In this document: in pieces, positions 10,235 to 18,171 of the stretch
Layout: the number at the start of each line of letters is the position of its first letter
How positions within the stretch are numbered: position 1 is the first letter of the stretch
Assembly (NCBI GenBank): GCA_018920365.1
Contig: JAHLMM010000001.1
Coordinates: forward strand, 135,628 to 199,627
Direction: 5' to 3'
DNA from: Candidatus Aenigmatarchaeota archaeon
GTDB taxonomy: Archaea > Aenigmatarchaeota > Aenigmatarchaeia > CG10238-14
DNA length: 64,000 nt
Notes under the pieces: model-generated
What the model saw: the letters and a program-made list of their open reading frames with translations, nothing else
What the model was told of the DNA's origin: nothing
Databases searched by the model: none
Made by a program: the position numbers and the translations under genes

Positions 10235-10330
10235 TGCAGGGGGAGAGATTCGAACTCTCGAACTCACTAAGAGACAGGATTTCCTACTAAATCTTAAGTC
10301 CTGCGCCTTTGGCCGCTTGGCTACCCCTGC
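10235..10330 (-). tRNA. tRNA-Leu(TAA) with 12-nt intron at 37/38 (intron 10281-10292)
   Basis: Minus strand GCAGGGG...CAGGA-CTTAAG[ATTTAGTAGGAA]A-TCCTG...GTTCGAATC; intron TAGG pairs with CTTA to form the central splice helix. Confidence 0.92.
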
Positions 10331-10361
10331 TCAAATTATAAAATATAGAATTAGCAATAAA

Positions 10362-10973
10362 TTACTTTAATCTTTCAACATCTTTAATAAAATCATTTGT
10401 CTTTTCCGTTAAAACTTGCAAAGCTTGAGAGAAAATTTGTTCTGCTTTTAATCCGCAAACACTTTCAATATTAAATGTAAATTTATCATCTTCTTGTTTA
10501 TAGCCGACAACTGCAGCTTGCCATTTTGCATGGTTCTTGCCTAAACCCAATTCTGCAAAAGCTTCTAATTCAAGTTCTTGTCCTTCCATTAACTCGACAA
10601 TAGGTATTTTGTCAAAAACAGGTTTTACTCTGTCATCAGTTGTTTTTAAATCACCTGAATAAACCATGCAAGGTCCTGTTTTTTTCAATGCAAATGCAAC
10701 TTGGCATCTTGTACATCCCTTTCCTTCACATTGGCATTCGTCTTTAAAGTTAAAGAATTTTGGATCAAATGTCAGTGGAATCAAACCAAGTCTATGTGCA
10801 ACAATTTCATCCCATAAAACCGAATCGTTTGCATGAAAATCAACCCATTCTATTGCCATTGTAGGCACTTCAGAAACCATTATTCTTCTTAGCTCACCAG
10901 CAAAAGCTGGTTTTATACCTTCTATAAGTACTTTCATTTTATGATCATTTTTTTCAAGGATTTTTACTTTCAA
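10362..10973 (-). CDS. rpoD: DNA-directed RNA polymerase subunit D (Rpo3)
   Basis: LRRIMVSEVPTMAIE, NDSVLWDEIVAHRLGLIPL, Cys cluster, HAKWQ; TTG start after GGTGA. Confidence 0.95.
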   Translation of the reverse strand: MKVKILEKNDHKMKVLIEGIKPAFAGELRRIMVSEVPTMAIEWVDFHANDSVLWDEIVAHRLGLIPLTFDPKFFNFKDECQCEGKGCTRCQVAFALKKTGPCMVYSGDLKTTDDRVKPVFDKIPIVELMEGQELELEAFAELGLGKNHAKWQAAVVGYKQEDDKFTFNIESVCGLKAEQIFSQALQVLTEKTNDFIKDVERLK

Positions 10974-11079
10974 GCTATCACCAAGTTACCTTATGTTGTT
11001 TTGATTTAATTTATTTAAATCTTTATTGTTTTTGTTTTTATTATCTTTTCACTATTTGTGAAATAGAAGATATAAATTT

Positions 11080-11748
11080 ATGATGGATATGTTCGAATGG
11101 CATAAAAAAATAAAAGAAGTAAAAGTGATTGATGGAGTTAATCTTTTTCCTATTTCATGGCTTGGTGCAAAAGATTTTTGTGAATATCAGTTATATCTTG
11201 AAAAATTTGTTGGTGTTGAAGTAGAAAAAACATACGAAATGATATTGGGAAGTGAAGTTCATGCAAGATTGGAAGAGGAACATCTGGAAAAAGCAACTGA
11301 AAAGATGACTATACTAGAAGCTATAGAAGATTCTGAAAGAACAGGGAGAATATTAACTGCTAGGGAAGTTTCAATCAAATCTTTGAAAAATGGAATTTAT
11401 GGAAGGATTGACGAAGTTACAATTATGCCAGATAGAATTGTAATAATTGATGATAAGCCAGGTGACAAAGTCTATTTAGGTCATAAAAAGCAAGTGTGGG
11501 GATATTGCATAGGGTTTATGGATCAATTTAATGTAAATAAAAAGATTATATGTTCTGTAAGAAACAGAGATACGAAAGAGTTTTTATGGGTTGATGATTT
11601 TGACAAAGATGCGATGGAGATTATAAGAAAAGATATACAAAGTATACACGATCTAATAAATGAACTTAGAGATGCTGTACCTTCTGATAATGTTAACAAA
11701 TGCATGAAATGTAGATTCAGGAACGTCTGCGATAAGAGCCTATTATAA
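11080..11748 (+). CDS. Stand-alone Cas4-like PD-(D/E)xK nuclease with Fe-S cysteines
   Basis: FCEYQLY, GSEVH, GRIDEV, IIDDK, QVWGY, C-terminal CMKCRFRNVC (1+3 Cys). Confidence 0.8.
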   Translation: MMDMFEWHKKIKEVKVIDGVNLFPISWLGAKDFCEYQLYLEKFVGVEVEKTYEMILGSEVHARLEEEHLEKATEKMTILEAIEDSERTGRILTAREVSIKSLKNGIYGRIDEVTIMPDRIVIIDDKPGDKVYLGHKKQVWGYCIGFMDQFNVNKKIICSVRNRDTKEFLWVDDFDKDAMEIIRKDIQSIHDLINELRDAVPSDNVNKCMKCRFRNVCDKSLL

Positions 11749-11826
11749 GCAAGGAAAACAATAATTATAAAATTCAAAAGTGAGTGAAAAAGGTGCCAGC
11801 TGGCAAGTGAGAGTTTGTGAGAGATT

Positions 11827-12105
11827 ATGTCCATAAGACAAGATACTATAAAAAAGATTGGAAAAATTCTTTTTGTGCTTAAAGAAAGCGAAGATTGGCT
11901 TCATTTGAGAGAAATAGGAAGAAGAACTGGTATTCATCATCAAACTGTATCAGAAATATTAGATAAATATCTAAATCAGTTTATTTTAACTCAAAATCTT
12001 AATGATTACGGTTTAAAGCTTAAATTGGTAAAATTAAAGGATAAAAAAGTTGATTTAAAGGGTGTTTTAACATACTTGAAATACATGAAAAAGATTCAAG
12101 AGTAA
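11827..12105 (+). CDS. Small winged helix-turn-helix protein
   Basis: LHLREIGRRTGIHHQTVSEILDKYL HTH followed by a beta wing. Confidence 0.75.
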   Translation: MSIRQDTIKKIGKILFVLKESEDWLHLREIGRRTGIHHQTVSEILDKYLNQFILTQNLNDYGLKLKLVKLKDKKVDLKGVLTYLKYMKKIQE

Positions 12106-12106
12106 A

Positions 12107-12189
12107 TGTAAGACGTATGACATATGGCGTTTATTTTGTTTATTTTAACTAAAAAAGTTTATATTTTTCTTTTTGTAATACGTATTACA
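12107..12189. promoter_or_regulatory. Pair of 16-bp palindromic operators flanking a TATA box
   Basis: TGTAATACGTATTACA (12174-12189, perfect palindrome) and TGTAAGACGTATGACA (12107-12122, 14/16 match); TTTATA at 12158. Confidence 0.65.
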
Positions 12190-12410
12190 TGTCTGAAATT
12201 TTGCTTGTGTATGATATACCAAAAACAAGAAATTCTTTGCTAGTCAGAATTTGGAGAAGGCTAAAAAAGATGAATGCATCAAAAATAATGGATTCTACTT
12301 GGTCAATAGAAGATAACGACATCAATTTTATAGTGGTAAAAGAAATAATGAATGAAATAATTAATGCGGGTGGAAGGGCTATTATTATAAGAGGTGAAAT
12401 TTTTGAGTAA
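12189..12410 (+). CDS. Small Cas2/VapD/ChrB-N/PaaX-like ferredoxin-fold protein
   Basis: ILLVYDIP...RIWRRLKKMNASKIMDSTW resembles Cas2 (VYDI..R..L...Q.SV) and ChrB-N. Confidence 0.6.
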   Translation: MSEILLVYDIPKTRNSLLVRIWRRLKKMNASKIMDSTWSIEDNDINFIVVKEIMNEIINAGGRAIIIRGEIFE

Positions 12411-13386
12411 AATATCCTTGGGGATAGAATCAACAGCGCATACATTTGGAGTTGGTATAGTCAAAGACAAGGAAATTCTAGCTGACAAAAAATCTTTTTA
12501 CAAACCTCCGCTAGGACAAGGAATGCTTCCTAGAAAAGTTTTTGAATATCATGCAGAAAATGCTGTTTCAGTATTGAAAGATACATTGACAGAAGCAAGT
12601 ATATCAATAAATGATGTTGATATTATTTCTTTTTCCCAAGGTCCTGGTATTCCAAATTGCCTATCACTAGGTGCATTTATTGCTAGATATGTTTCAATGA
12701 AGTACAAAAAACCTCTTGTTGGTGTTAATCATCCTATTGCACATGTTGAAATAGCAAAAATGCTTACAAATTGCAAAGATCCTGTAGTTGTTTATTGTTC
12801 AGGCGGAAACACACAAATAATTGCGTTTGAATCAGGATTTTATAGAGTTTTTGGTGAGACACTTGATATACCAATAGGAAATGCATTTGATGTGTTAGCG
12901 AGATCTTTAGGCTTGGAAATGCCAGGAGGCCCTGTTATAGAAAATCTAGCAAAAAATGGTAAATGGGTAGAGCTACCGTATGTTGTCAAGGGCATGGATT
13001 TTTCCTTTTCTGGTATTGTTACTGAATGTCAAAAATTATATAAAAAAGGTCTTGATAAAAGAGATATTGCATATTCATTTCAAGAAACATGTTTTTCAAT
13101 GCTTACGGAAGCTGCTGAACGTGCAGTAGCACATACTGAAAAAAGTGAAGTTCTTGTTACTGGAGGTGTTGCTGCTAACAAAAGATTCAACAGTATGCTA
13201 GAAGATATGTGTAAAGATAGAGATGCAAAGCTATATTCTGTGCCTATCAAATATGCTGGAGATAATGGGGTAATGATTGCGTATACTGGACTAGTAATGT
13301 TCAATTCTGGCATACAAACTAAAATAAATGAATCAAGGATAAAGAAAGATTGGAGAATAGATGAAGTTCCTGTGAAGTGGATGTGA
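12394..13386 (+). CDS. kae1: tRNA N6-adenosine threonylcarbamoyltransferase Kae1
   Basis: LGIESTAHTFGVG, SQGPG, VNHPIAHVE, SGGNTQ, GETLDI, GGVAAN, DNGVMIA; true start may be TTG 12403. Confidence 0.96.
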   Translation: MKFLSKISLGIESTAHTFGVGIVKDKEILADKKSFYKPPLGQGMLPRKVFEYHAENAVSVLKDTLTEASISINDVDIISFSQGPGIPNCLSLGAFIARYVSMKYKKPLVGVNHPIAHVEIAKMLTNCKDPVVVYCSGGNTQIIAFESGFYRVFGETLDIPIGNAFDVLARSLGLEMPGGPVIENLAKNGKWVELPYVVKGMDFSFSGIVTECQKLYKKGLDKRDIAYSFQETCFSMLTEAAERAVAHTEKSEVLVTGGVAANKRFNSMLEDMCKDRDAKLYSVPIKYAGDNGVMIAYTGLVMFNSGIQTKINESRIKKDWRIDEVPVKWM

Positions 13387-13400
13387 AGTCTGCGTGAAGT
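13362..13400 (+). repeat. Four phased TGAAGT repeats, 11-bp period
   Basis: TGAAGT at 13362, 13373, 13384 and 13395. Confidence 0.75.
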
Positions 13401-13442
13401 TTTAAAAGGAAAAATAAATATACCAAAATATAATAATAATTT

Positions 13443-14099
13443 ATGGGGTTCAAGGATTTTATGAAGTCTGTTTTGGGAATAAAAAGATCGTCAACAGTTG
13501 TCAACAACAATCAACAACAATCAACAGTTGTCAACAACAATCAACAGTTGTCAACAGTTGATTTTTACAATAAAAGAGATCTTCAATATGCCAGAAGAAT
13601 AGGCCAAATAGAACAAATGGCAAACGATATTGCTATGATAAAAGAGAAAATAACTGGCCTTGATATAAAATTTGACATGAGAATTCAAGATAAGGTTCTT
13701 ACAGAAAAAAGATTTGAAGAAGAGGTTAATTCTAATGAAGATTTCTTCAGAGAACTTGAAGAAATTAGAAAAAGTGTTGAAGAAATGAAGATTATCATCA
13801 ACAATCAACAGTTGTCAACAGTTGTCAACAACAATCAACAACAATCAACAGTTGTCAACAACAATCAACAGTTGAAAATTCTCAAAAAAATTGAAAAATC
13901 AGCAGATAATTTGGAGTCAAGTATTAGAGAAAAGGAGATTCTAAAACAATTAAATGGATCTAGATTAAGCAGTGATGAAATAGGTAATTTAATTGGTATA
14001 TCAAGAAGCAGGGCAAATCAAATATTAATAGAAATGGAAAGAAAAGGACTAGTATTTAGAATAAAATATGGTAAAAAGATTCTTTGGGGAAAAAAATAA
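13443..14099 (+). CDS. Coiled-coil protein with C-terminal wHTH and internal DNA repeat arrays
   Basis: C-terminal REKEILKQL...SSDEIGNLIGISRSRANQILIEMERKGLVFRIKYGKKILW; heptad-rich middle; STVVNNNQQ repeats. Confidence 0.75.
   Translation: MGFKDFMKSVLGIKRSSTVVNNNQQQSTVVNNNQQLSTVDFYNKRDLQYARRIGQIEQMANDIAMIKEKITGLDIKFDMRIQDKVLTEKRFEEEVNSNEDFFRELEEIRKSVEEMKIIINNQQLSTVVNNNQQQSTVVNNNQQLKILKKIEKSADNLESSIREKEILKQLNGSRLSSDEIGNLIGISRSRANQILIEMERKGLVFRIKYGKKILWGKK
13491..13560 (+). repeat. Array 1: seven 10-bp units (TCAACAGTTG / TCAACAACAA)
   Basis: Units start at 13491, 13501, ... 13551; each begins TCAACA. Confidence 0.95.
13795..13874 (+). repeat. Array 2: seven perfect and one degenerate 10-bp units
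   Basis: TCATCAACAA at 13795, then units at 13805 to 13865; 13815-13874 is identical to 13491-13550. Confidence 0.95.
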
Positions 14100-14100
14100 T

Positions 14101-14364
14101 TTACAAAAGCTCATTTTCACTGACAACTACAAAATCGCCTATTGATTTTACTGCACTAAAAGGTATCAACATTCTTCCCTTGTCATCTTCTTTAAGATTT
14201 AAATCTTTCAAAGCCTTTGTAGCACCTGCAACCACTATGTTTAACAGTTCGCCACTTTCTGTTACAAAATCAACATTACTAACAACCCCAAATCTTCTAC
14301 CTGTTTCTTCACTAATTATTGTCTTTCCAATAACGCTTTTTGCTTTTACTCTGGTATCAGCCAA
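14101..14364 (-). CDS. PRC-barrel domain protein (CdpB-like)
   Basis: IGKTIISEETGRRFGVV...SGEL...LIPFSAVKSIGDFVVV; TTG start after GGTGA. Confidence 0.85.
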   Translation of the reverse strand: MADTRVKAKSVIGKTIISEETGRRFGVVSNVDFVTESGELLNIVVAGATKALKDLNLKEDDKGRMLIPFSAVKSIGDFVVVSENELL

Positions 14365-14428
14365 TTAATCTCACCTTTTTATCTATTTATTTAATAACAA
14401 TATATTCTTTACTATATGTTTAAATATA

Positions 14429-15493
14429 TCACGCTTCTGCTAATATTGTTTTTGCCTTACCTGAAAGCGAATAAACAAACTTGTTAGCTACCTTTGCTCT
14501 TTTTATCAAATCTTCATCCATTAGTCTTTTGAGTATATTATTAACTGACCTTATAGCATGATCTTTTGTTTTATATTCCTTTATATCAATTTTTTCAACT
14601 ATCTCAGACGGAGAAAGATCTGGTGTCTTATTAAGAAGTTCTAATATCTCTTTTTGTTTAGGTGTTAACGTGAACTTCACTTGATCTACATGTGAAATTT
14701 TCTTTTCACTAAACACCTCCTCGACAAGCTTTGAATTTATAGATGTTAAATTCCTCAATGCTGCTTCTTTCACAAGCTGATCACAAACCTTGATTATTTC
14801 TCTAGGAAATCCCCCTGTTATTTCATGAATCTTTTTTATTGCGTCATTTGTGAAAGGTTTTATTCCTTCGCCACCTGCTCTGTCAATTCTTTTCTGTATT
14901 AAAGATTCTGTTTCCATTTCTGAAAGCGATTCTAGAACTACACGTGTATTAACTCTCATTAGCAAAGTAGGCAGCTCTGCCTCTATTTTCTTTTCAAAAG
15001 TCGGTAGTCCAGCAAATACTATTACAAGGTTTGGTACTAGATCATTTATTGTTCTTAACCATTCTAAAACTTCAAGTGAACATTCGTGAGCTTCATCAAC
15101 TAAAAATATAGTTTTTGTTTTTGTCTTATTTGTAACAAAATTCGTCAAATTGTTTATATCAACATCCTTAAACTTTATCTTATCTATGAAATTAAACCCG
15201 AGATTATGCTTGAAAAGTTGTATAAGCTCGTCTTTTGTAACAGGTGGTTTAGGTATATAATATGGTTTAAACCCATTGTAAGCTTTAATTTGGGCGTTAA
15301 GCCATGTTAATATAGTTGTTTTACCTGCACCTGTTGGACCTATCACCATAGCAGCCTTATGTTGATTAAAAACATGTGTCAATAATGTCTCAGTCTGCTT
15401 TGAATATCCTACCATAAGATCAGGTGAAATAGTAAGTGTAAATGGGTTTCTTGACCACCCAAACTTTTGAAAATATTCATATTTGTTCTCCAT
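14429..15493 (-). CDS. ExeA/GspA-like AAA+ ATPase with C-terminal wHTH
   Basis: FGWSRNPF, GPTGAGKTT, LVDEAH, VFAGLP, TGGFPREI; C-terminal LTPKQKEIL...SPSEI...LKRLMDEDLIKR...YSLS. Confidence 0.8.
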   Translation of the reverse strand: MENKYEYFQKFGWSRNPFTLTISPDLMVGYSKQTETLLTHVFNQHKAAMVIGPTGAGKTTILTWLNAQIKAYNGFKPYYIPKPPVTKDELIQLFKHNLGFNFIDKIKFKDVDINNLTNFVTNKTKTKTIFLVDEAHECSLEVLEWLRTINDLVPNLVIVFAGLPTFEKKIEAELPTLLMRVNTRVVLESLSEMETESLIQKRIDRAGGEGIKPFTNDAIKKIHEITGGFPREIIKVCDQLVKEAALRNLTSINSKLVEEVFSEKKISHVDQVKFTLTPKQKEILELLNKTPDLSPSEIVEKIDIKEYKTKDHAIRSVNNILKRLMDEDLIKRAKVANKFVYSLSGKAKTILAEA

Positions 15494-15497
15494 AATA

Positions 15498-15583
15498 CTT
15501 CACATAATCTTCACAAACAGTTAATTTAACGTGATTTATTAATTTAAAACTTATGTGAAGTTTTTGTGAAGTATACGTGAAGT
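15498..15583. repeat. Inverted sets of 11-bp phased GTGAAG repeats in a divergent intergenic region
   Basis: CTTCAC at 15498 and 15509; GTGAAG at 15555, 15566 and 15577. Confidence 0.8.
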
Positions 15584-15612
15584 TTTATTTATGAAATATG
15601 CAAATATTATTC

Positions 15613-16149
15613 ATGAAGAGGCTATTTGTATGTATATGGATACCTGAAGATTTGAAAAAAAAGATACAAAATTTTCAAAAAACTTTAGAAAATCTTCCAT
15701 TAAAGGCAAAGTCTGTTGAATATGAAAATCTTCATCTTACAATAACATTTTTAGGTGATATAGAAGAAAAACAGATAGAAGATATTAAATCAAAATTAGA
15801 CCTAATCAAAGGTTTTAAAAGATTTGAAGTTGCTCTAAAAGGCTTGAAAATAATTCCTTCTGAAAATTATATCAGAGTTATAGGAATAAAAACTGAAAGT
15901 AAAGGTGAATTGGAAAAAATGATAAAAACAGTGGGAGAATTGATTGGCGGTAGCTTTCATGAACATGCTAAGATGACTTTGTTAAGAGTGAAAGATGTTA
16001 AAGACAAAATATATGTAAAAAAATTTATTGAAAAGAACAAGGATATAGAATTTGGTAAGTTTATTGCTAATAAATTAAGTCTTGTTGAAAGTATACTTAC
16101 ACCAAGCGGGCCTTTATACAAAACACTGTATGAAATAGATCTTGCATGA
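15613..16149 (+). CDS. thpR: RNA 2',3'-cyclic phosphodiesterase (2H family, 2'-5' RNA ligase)
   Basis: MKRLFVCI, ENLHLTITFLG, ESILTPSGPLY. Confidence 0.88.
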   Translation: MKRLFVCIWIPEDLKKKIQNFQKTLENLPLKAKSVEYENLHLTITFLGDIEEKQIEDIKSKLDLIKGFKRFEVALKGLKIIPSENYIRVIGIKTESKGELEKMIKTVGELIGGSFHEHAKMTLLRVKDVKDKIYVKKFIEKNKDIEFGKFIANKLSLVESILTPSGPLYKTLYEIDLA

Positions 16150-16484
16150 ACGAAAAAACTCTCGTGATAATTAGCATCATTGTATCAATAACAGGAATAA
16201 TAATAATGTTTTTAGCTAACAAGTTAACTCAACCTGAAATTGTGAAAATAAATCAGATAAGTATTGAGAAAAACTATGTAGCATTTAATTCTACTATTAC
16301 TAGTGTTCAAACAAAAACTGGTTTGATTATTTTGAATTTAAAGGATGAGACTGGAAATATACAAGGTATAATTTACTCTGATGATGTTAAATATAAACCT
16401 GGAGAAAAAGTAAAAATAATAGGAAAACCGCAAAAATACAAAGAAAAAACCCAGGTTTTTATACTAAACATCACTTCTATCTAA
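16146..16484 (+). CDS. Membrane-anchored OB-fold protein
   Basis: N-terminal TM; LKDETGNIQGI and GEKVKIIG..YK OB pattern. Confidence 0.7.
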   Translation: MNEKTLVIISIIVSITGIIIMFLANKLTQPEIVKINQISIEKNYVAFNSTITSVQTKTGLIILNLKDETGNIQGIIYSDDVKYKPGEKVKIIGKPQKYKEKTQVFILNITSI

Positions 16485-17648
16485 ATCTTCGACAGACATT
16501 ATCTTTGTTTTTTTAGTTTCAAATTCCTTGTCTTTGCTTGACGCTATCAAATATTCTATTTCAAGTTTGTCTGCAATATCTGCTATTTCTTTTGTTATCG
16601 AACCGTCTATCAAAACTATTTCTGCGTTTTTGAGTGCTGCATTCTCTTCTGTAAATTGTGTTAAGGGCAGCTTCTCTATCATCTTCATTCTTTTGTTAAA
16701 AACATATGCTGCTCTTGTACCAATCATTTTGTCAAGTATATCTTTGATTTTCTCTTTTACATTGCTGTTTAAATCTTGTTTGTGCTCTATTGACTGTTCT
16801 GGTTGTTCTTCAATTCTATGAACTCTGCCTCTTTTTCTTATTGCTTCTGAAAAAGGCACTTTTTGTCTTAATGCTTTGAATATTTCTTTGTCTGTTAGCT
16901 CTTCTACTTCTTTTCCATCAGGTGCCCTGACAACACTATCTATTCTTAACAATCTAGACAACTTTTTTAGTATTAAATCGCCGCCTCTATCCCCATCAAG
17001 AAACACTGTTACCTTTTTGCCTTTTGCTACTTCTAAAATAGATTTGCTAGCTGATGTCCCACCTACTGCAGCCACATTCCTTATTCCATTTTTCAACAGA
17101 TTAGCTACATCTGCTCTTCCTTCAACAAGTATAACTTCGCCAGCATCTATTGCATCTGGCCCACATTCTATTCCATGATATTCAATTATTTCTGATGTTC
17201 TTACAGAACCTTTTATTGTTTCAGCAAGTGCATCAGCATCTGGCTGTTCTTTCATTAATTTCTGCAAAATTTCTTTTGCTCTATCAACAACATATTCCCT
17301 TTTAACTTCTCTTATATCTTTTACGTCCCTTAGCTTGATTTTAGCTTCACATGGACCTATTCTCTCTATTGTTTCAACTGCCGCAGCTATCAAAGCTGTT
17401 TCCGAGCTATCTAAACTAGAAGGTATGTATATTGTGCCTTCTGTCTTTCCTTCTTTTTCCCTTAAATCAACATCTATTCTTCCTATTCTTCCTGATTTCT
17501 GCAGTTCTCTCAAATCCAAATCTTGCCCTAACAAACCTTCTGTTTGTCCAAAAACAGCTCCTATTATATCTGGTTTTTCAACCAAACCTTCTGCGGTAAA
17601 ATCTGCCTCTATTAAGTATTTTATTGTAGATTGAGCTATCTTTCCCAT
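16464..17648 (-). CDS. dnaG: Archaeal DnaG (TOPRIM; exosome-associated)
   Basis: VEKPDIIGAVFGQTEGLLG, LRELQKSGRIGRI, VEGRADV, FLDGDRGG. Confidence 0.95.
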   Translation of the reverse strand: MGKIAQSTIKYLIEADFTAEGLVEKPDIIGAVFGQTEGLLGQDLDLRELQKSGRIGRIDVDLREKEGKTEGTIYIPSSLDSSETALIAAAVETIERIGPCEAKIKLRDVKDIREVKREYVVDRAKEILQKLMKEQPDADALAETIKGSVRTSEIIEYHGIECGPDAIDAGEVILVEGRADVANLLKNGIRNVAAVGGTSASKSILEVAKGKKVTVFLDGDRGGDLILKKLSRLLRIDSVVRAPDGKEVEELTDKEIFKALRQKVPFSEAIRKRGRVHRIEEQPEQSIEHKQDLNSNVKEKIKDILDKMIGTRAAYVFNKRMKMIEKLPLTQFTEENAALKNAEIVLIDGSITKEIADIADKLEIEYLIASSKDKEFETKKTKIMSVEDLDRSDV

Positions 17649-18000
17649 TTTGAACATCCTCCATTATTTTTGATATTTTATTCAATTCTTCTATTTTTAC
17701 CACCTTGAAGAGCTCTTTAAATTTCAATCTAAGCTCTGGGTTGTATTTTATCTTGTTATTTTCAAAGAATCTACAGATTCTTTGCTTCTTTAGTTCACCC
17801 TCACGATCAAAATCAGTTAAGATGACATATTCATCTTTCGGCAATTCAGAGGTGAACTTTTCTATTGTCTTCCCTGAAATTACATATATCTTTTGTATAC
17901 CTAGCTTCTCTAAAGCATTTTTGTCATTTTTGCCTTCAACAATTATTGAAAATTCTTGAAGCAAAGATACCATTTTTTCGTGATCGTGAGTAATGAACAT
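17578..18000 (-). CDS. Small TOPRIM domain protein (UPF0292-like)
   Basis: IIVEGKNDKNALEKLG, ILTDFDREG. Confidence 0.85.
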   Translation of the reverse strand: MFITHDHEKMVSLLQEFSIIVEGKNDKNALEKLGIQKIYVISGKTIEKFTSELPKDEYVILTDFDREGELKKQRICRFFENNKIKYNPELRLKFKELFKVVKIEELNKISKIMEDVQNGKDSSIYNKILNRGRFYRRRFG

Positions 18001-18171
18001 TACTAACTCTATTTTCTATAGAAAGTATTTAAATTTTATGTTTTTAGGCTTTATAGGCAATAACATGAAAAAATAGAATATAGAACGATATCATGAAAAT
18101 TCGGCAAAATTTTTGTTAAAATTCATAATAAATTTTTAAATATACAAATTCTAGATTTATATTGTGAAATT

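Noticed and set aside
10087-10330. Integrated element at the tRNA-Leu genes
   Set aside because: No integrase and no duplicated tRNA 3' end were noticed in the window
13491-13874. CRISPR array near the Cas4-like and Cas2-like genes
   Set aside because: The units are 10-bp head-to-tail repeats with no unique spacers and lie inside an ORF
14670-14790. Additional GTGAA/TTCAC half-sites inside the AAA gene
   Set aside because: Degenerate, irregularly spaced and in coding sequence; not distinguishable from chance by eye
14429-15493. Second Cdc6 or transposon TnsC/IstB ATPase
   Set aside because: It lacks Cdc6 signature motifs; no transposase, integrase or terminal repeats are visible nearby
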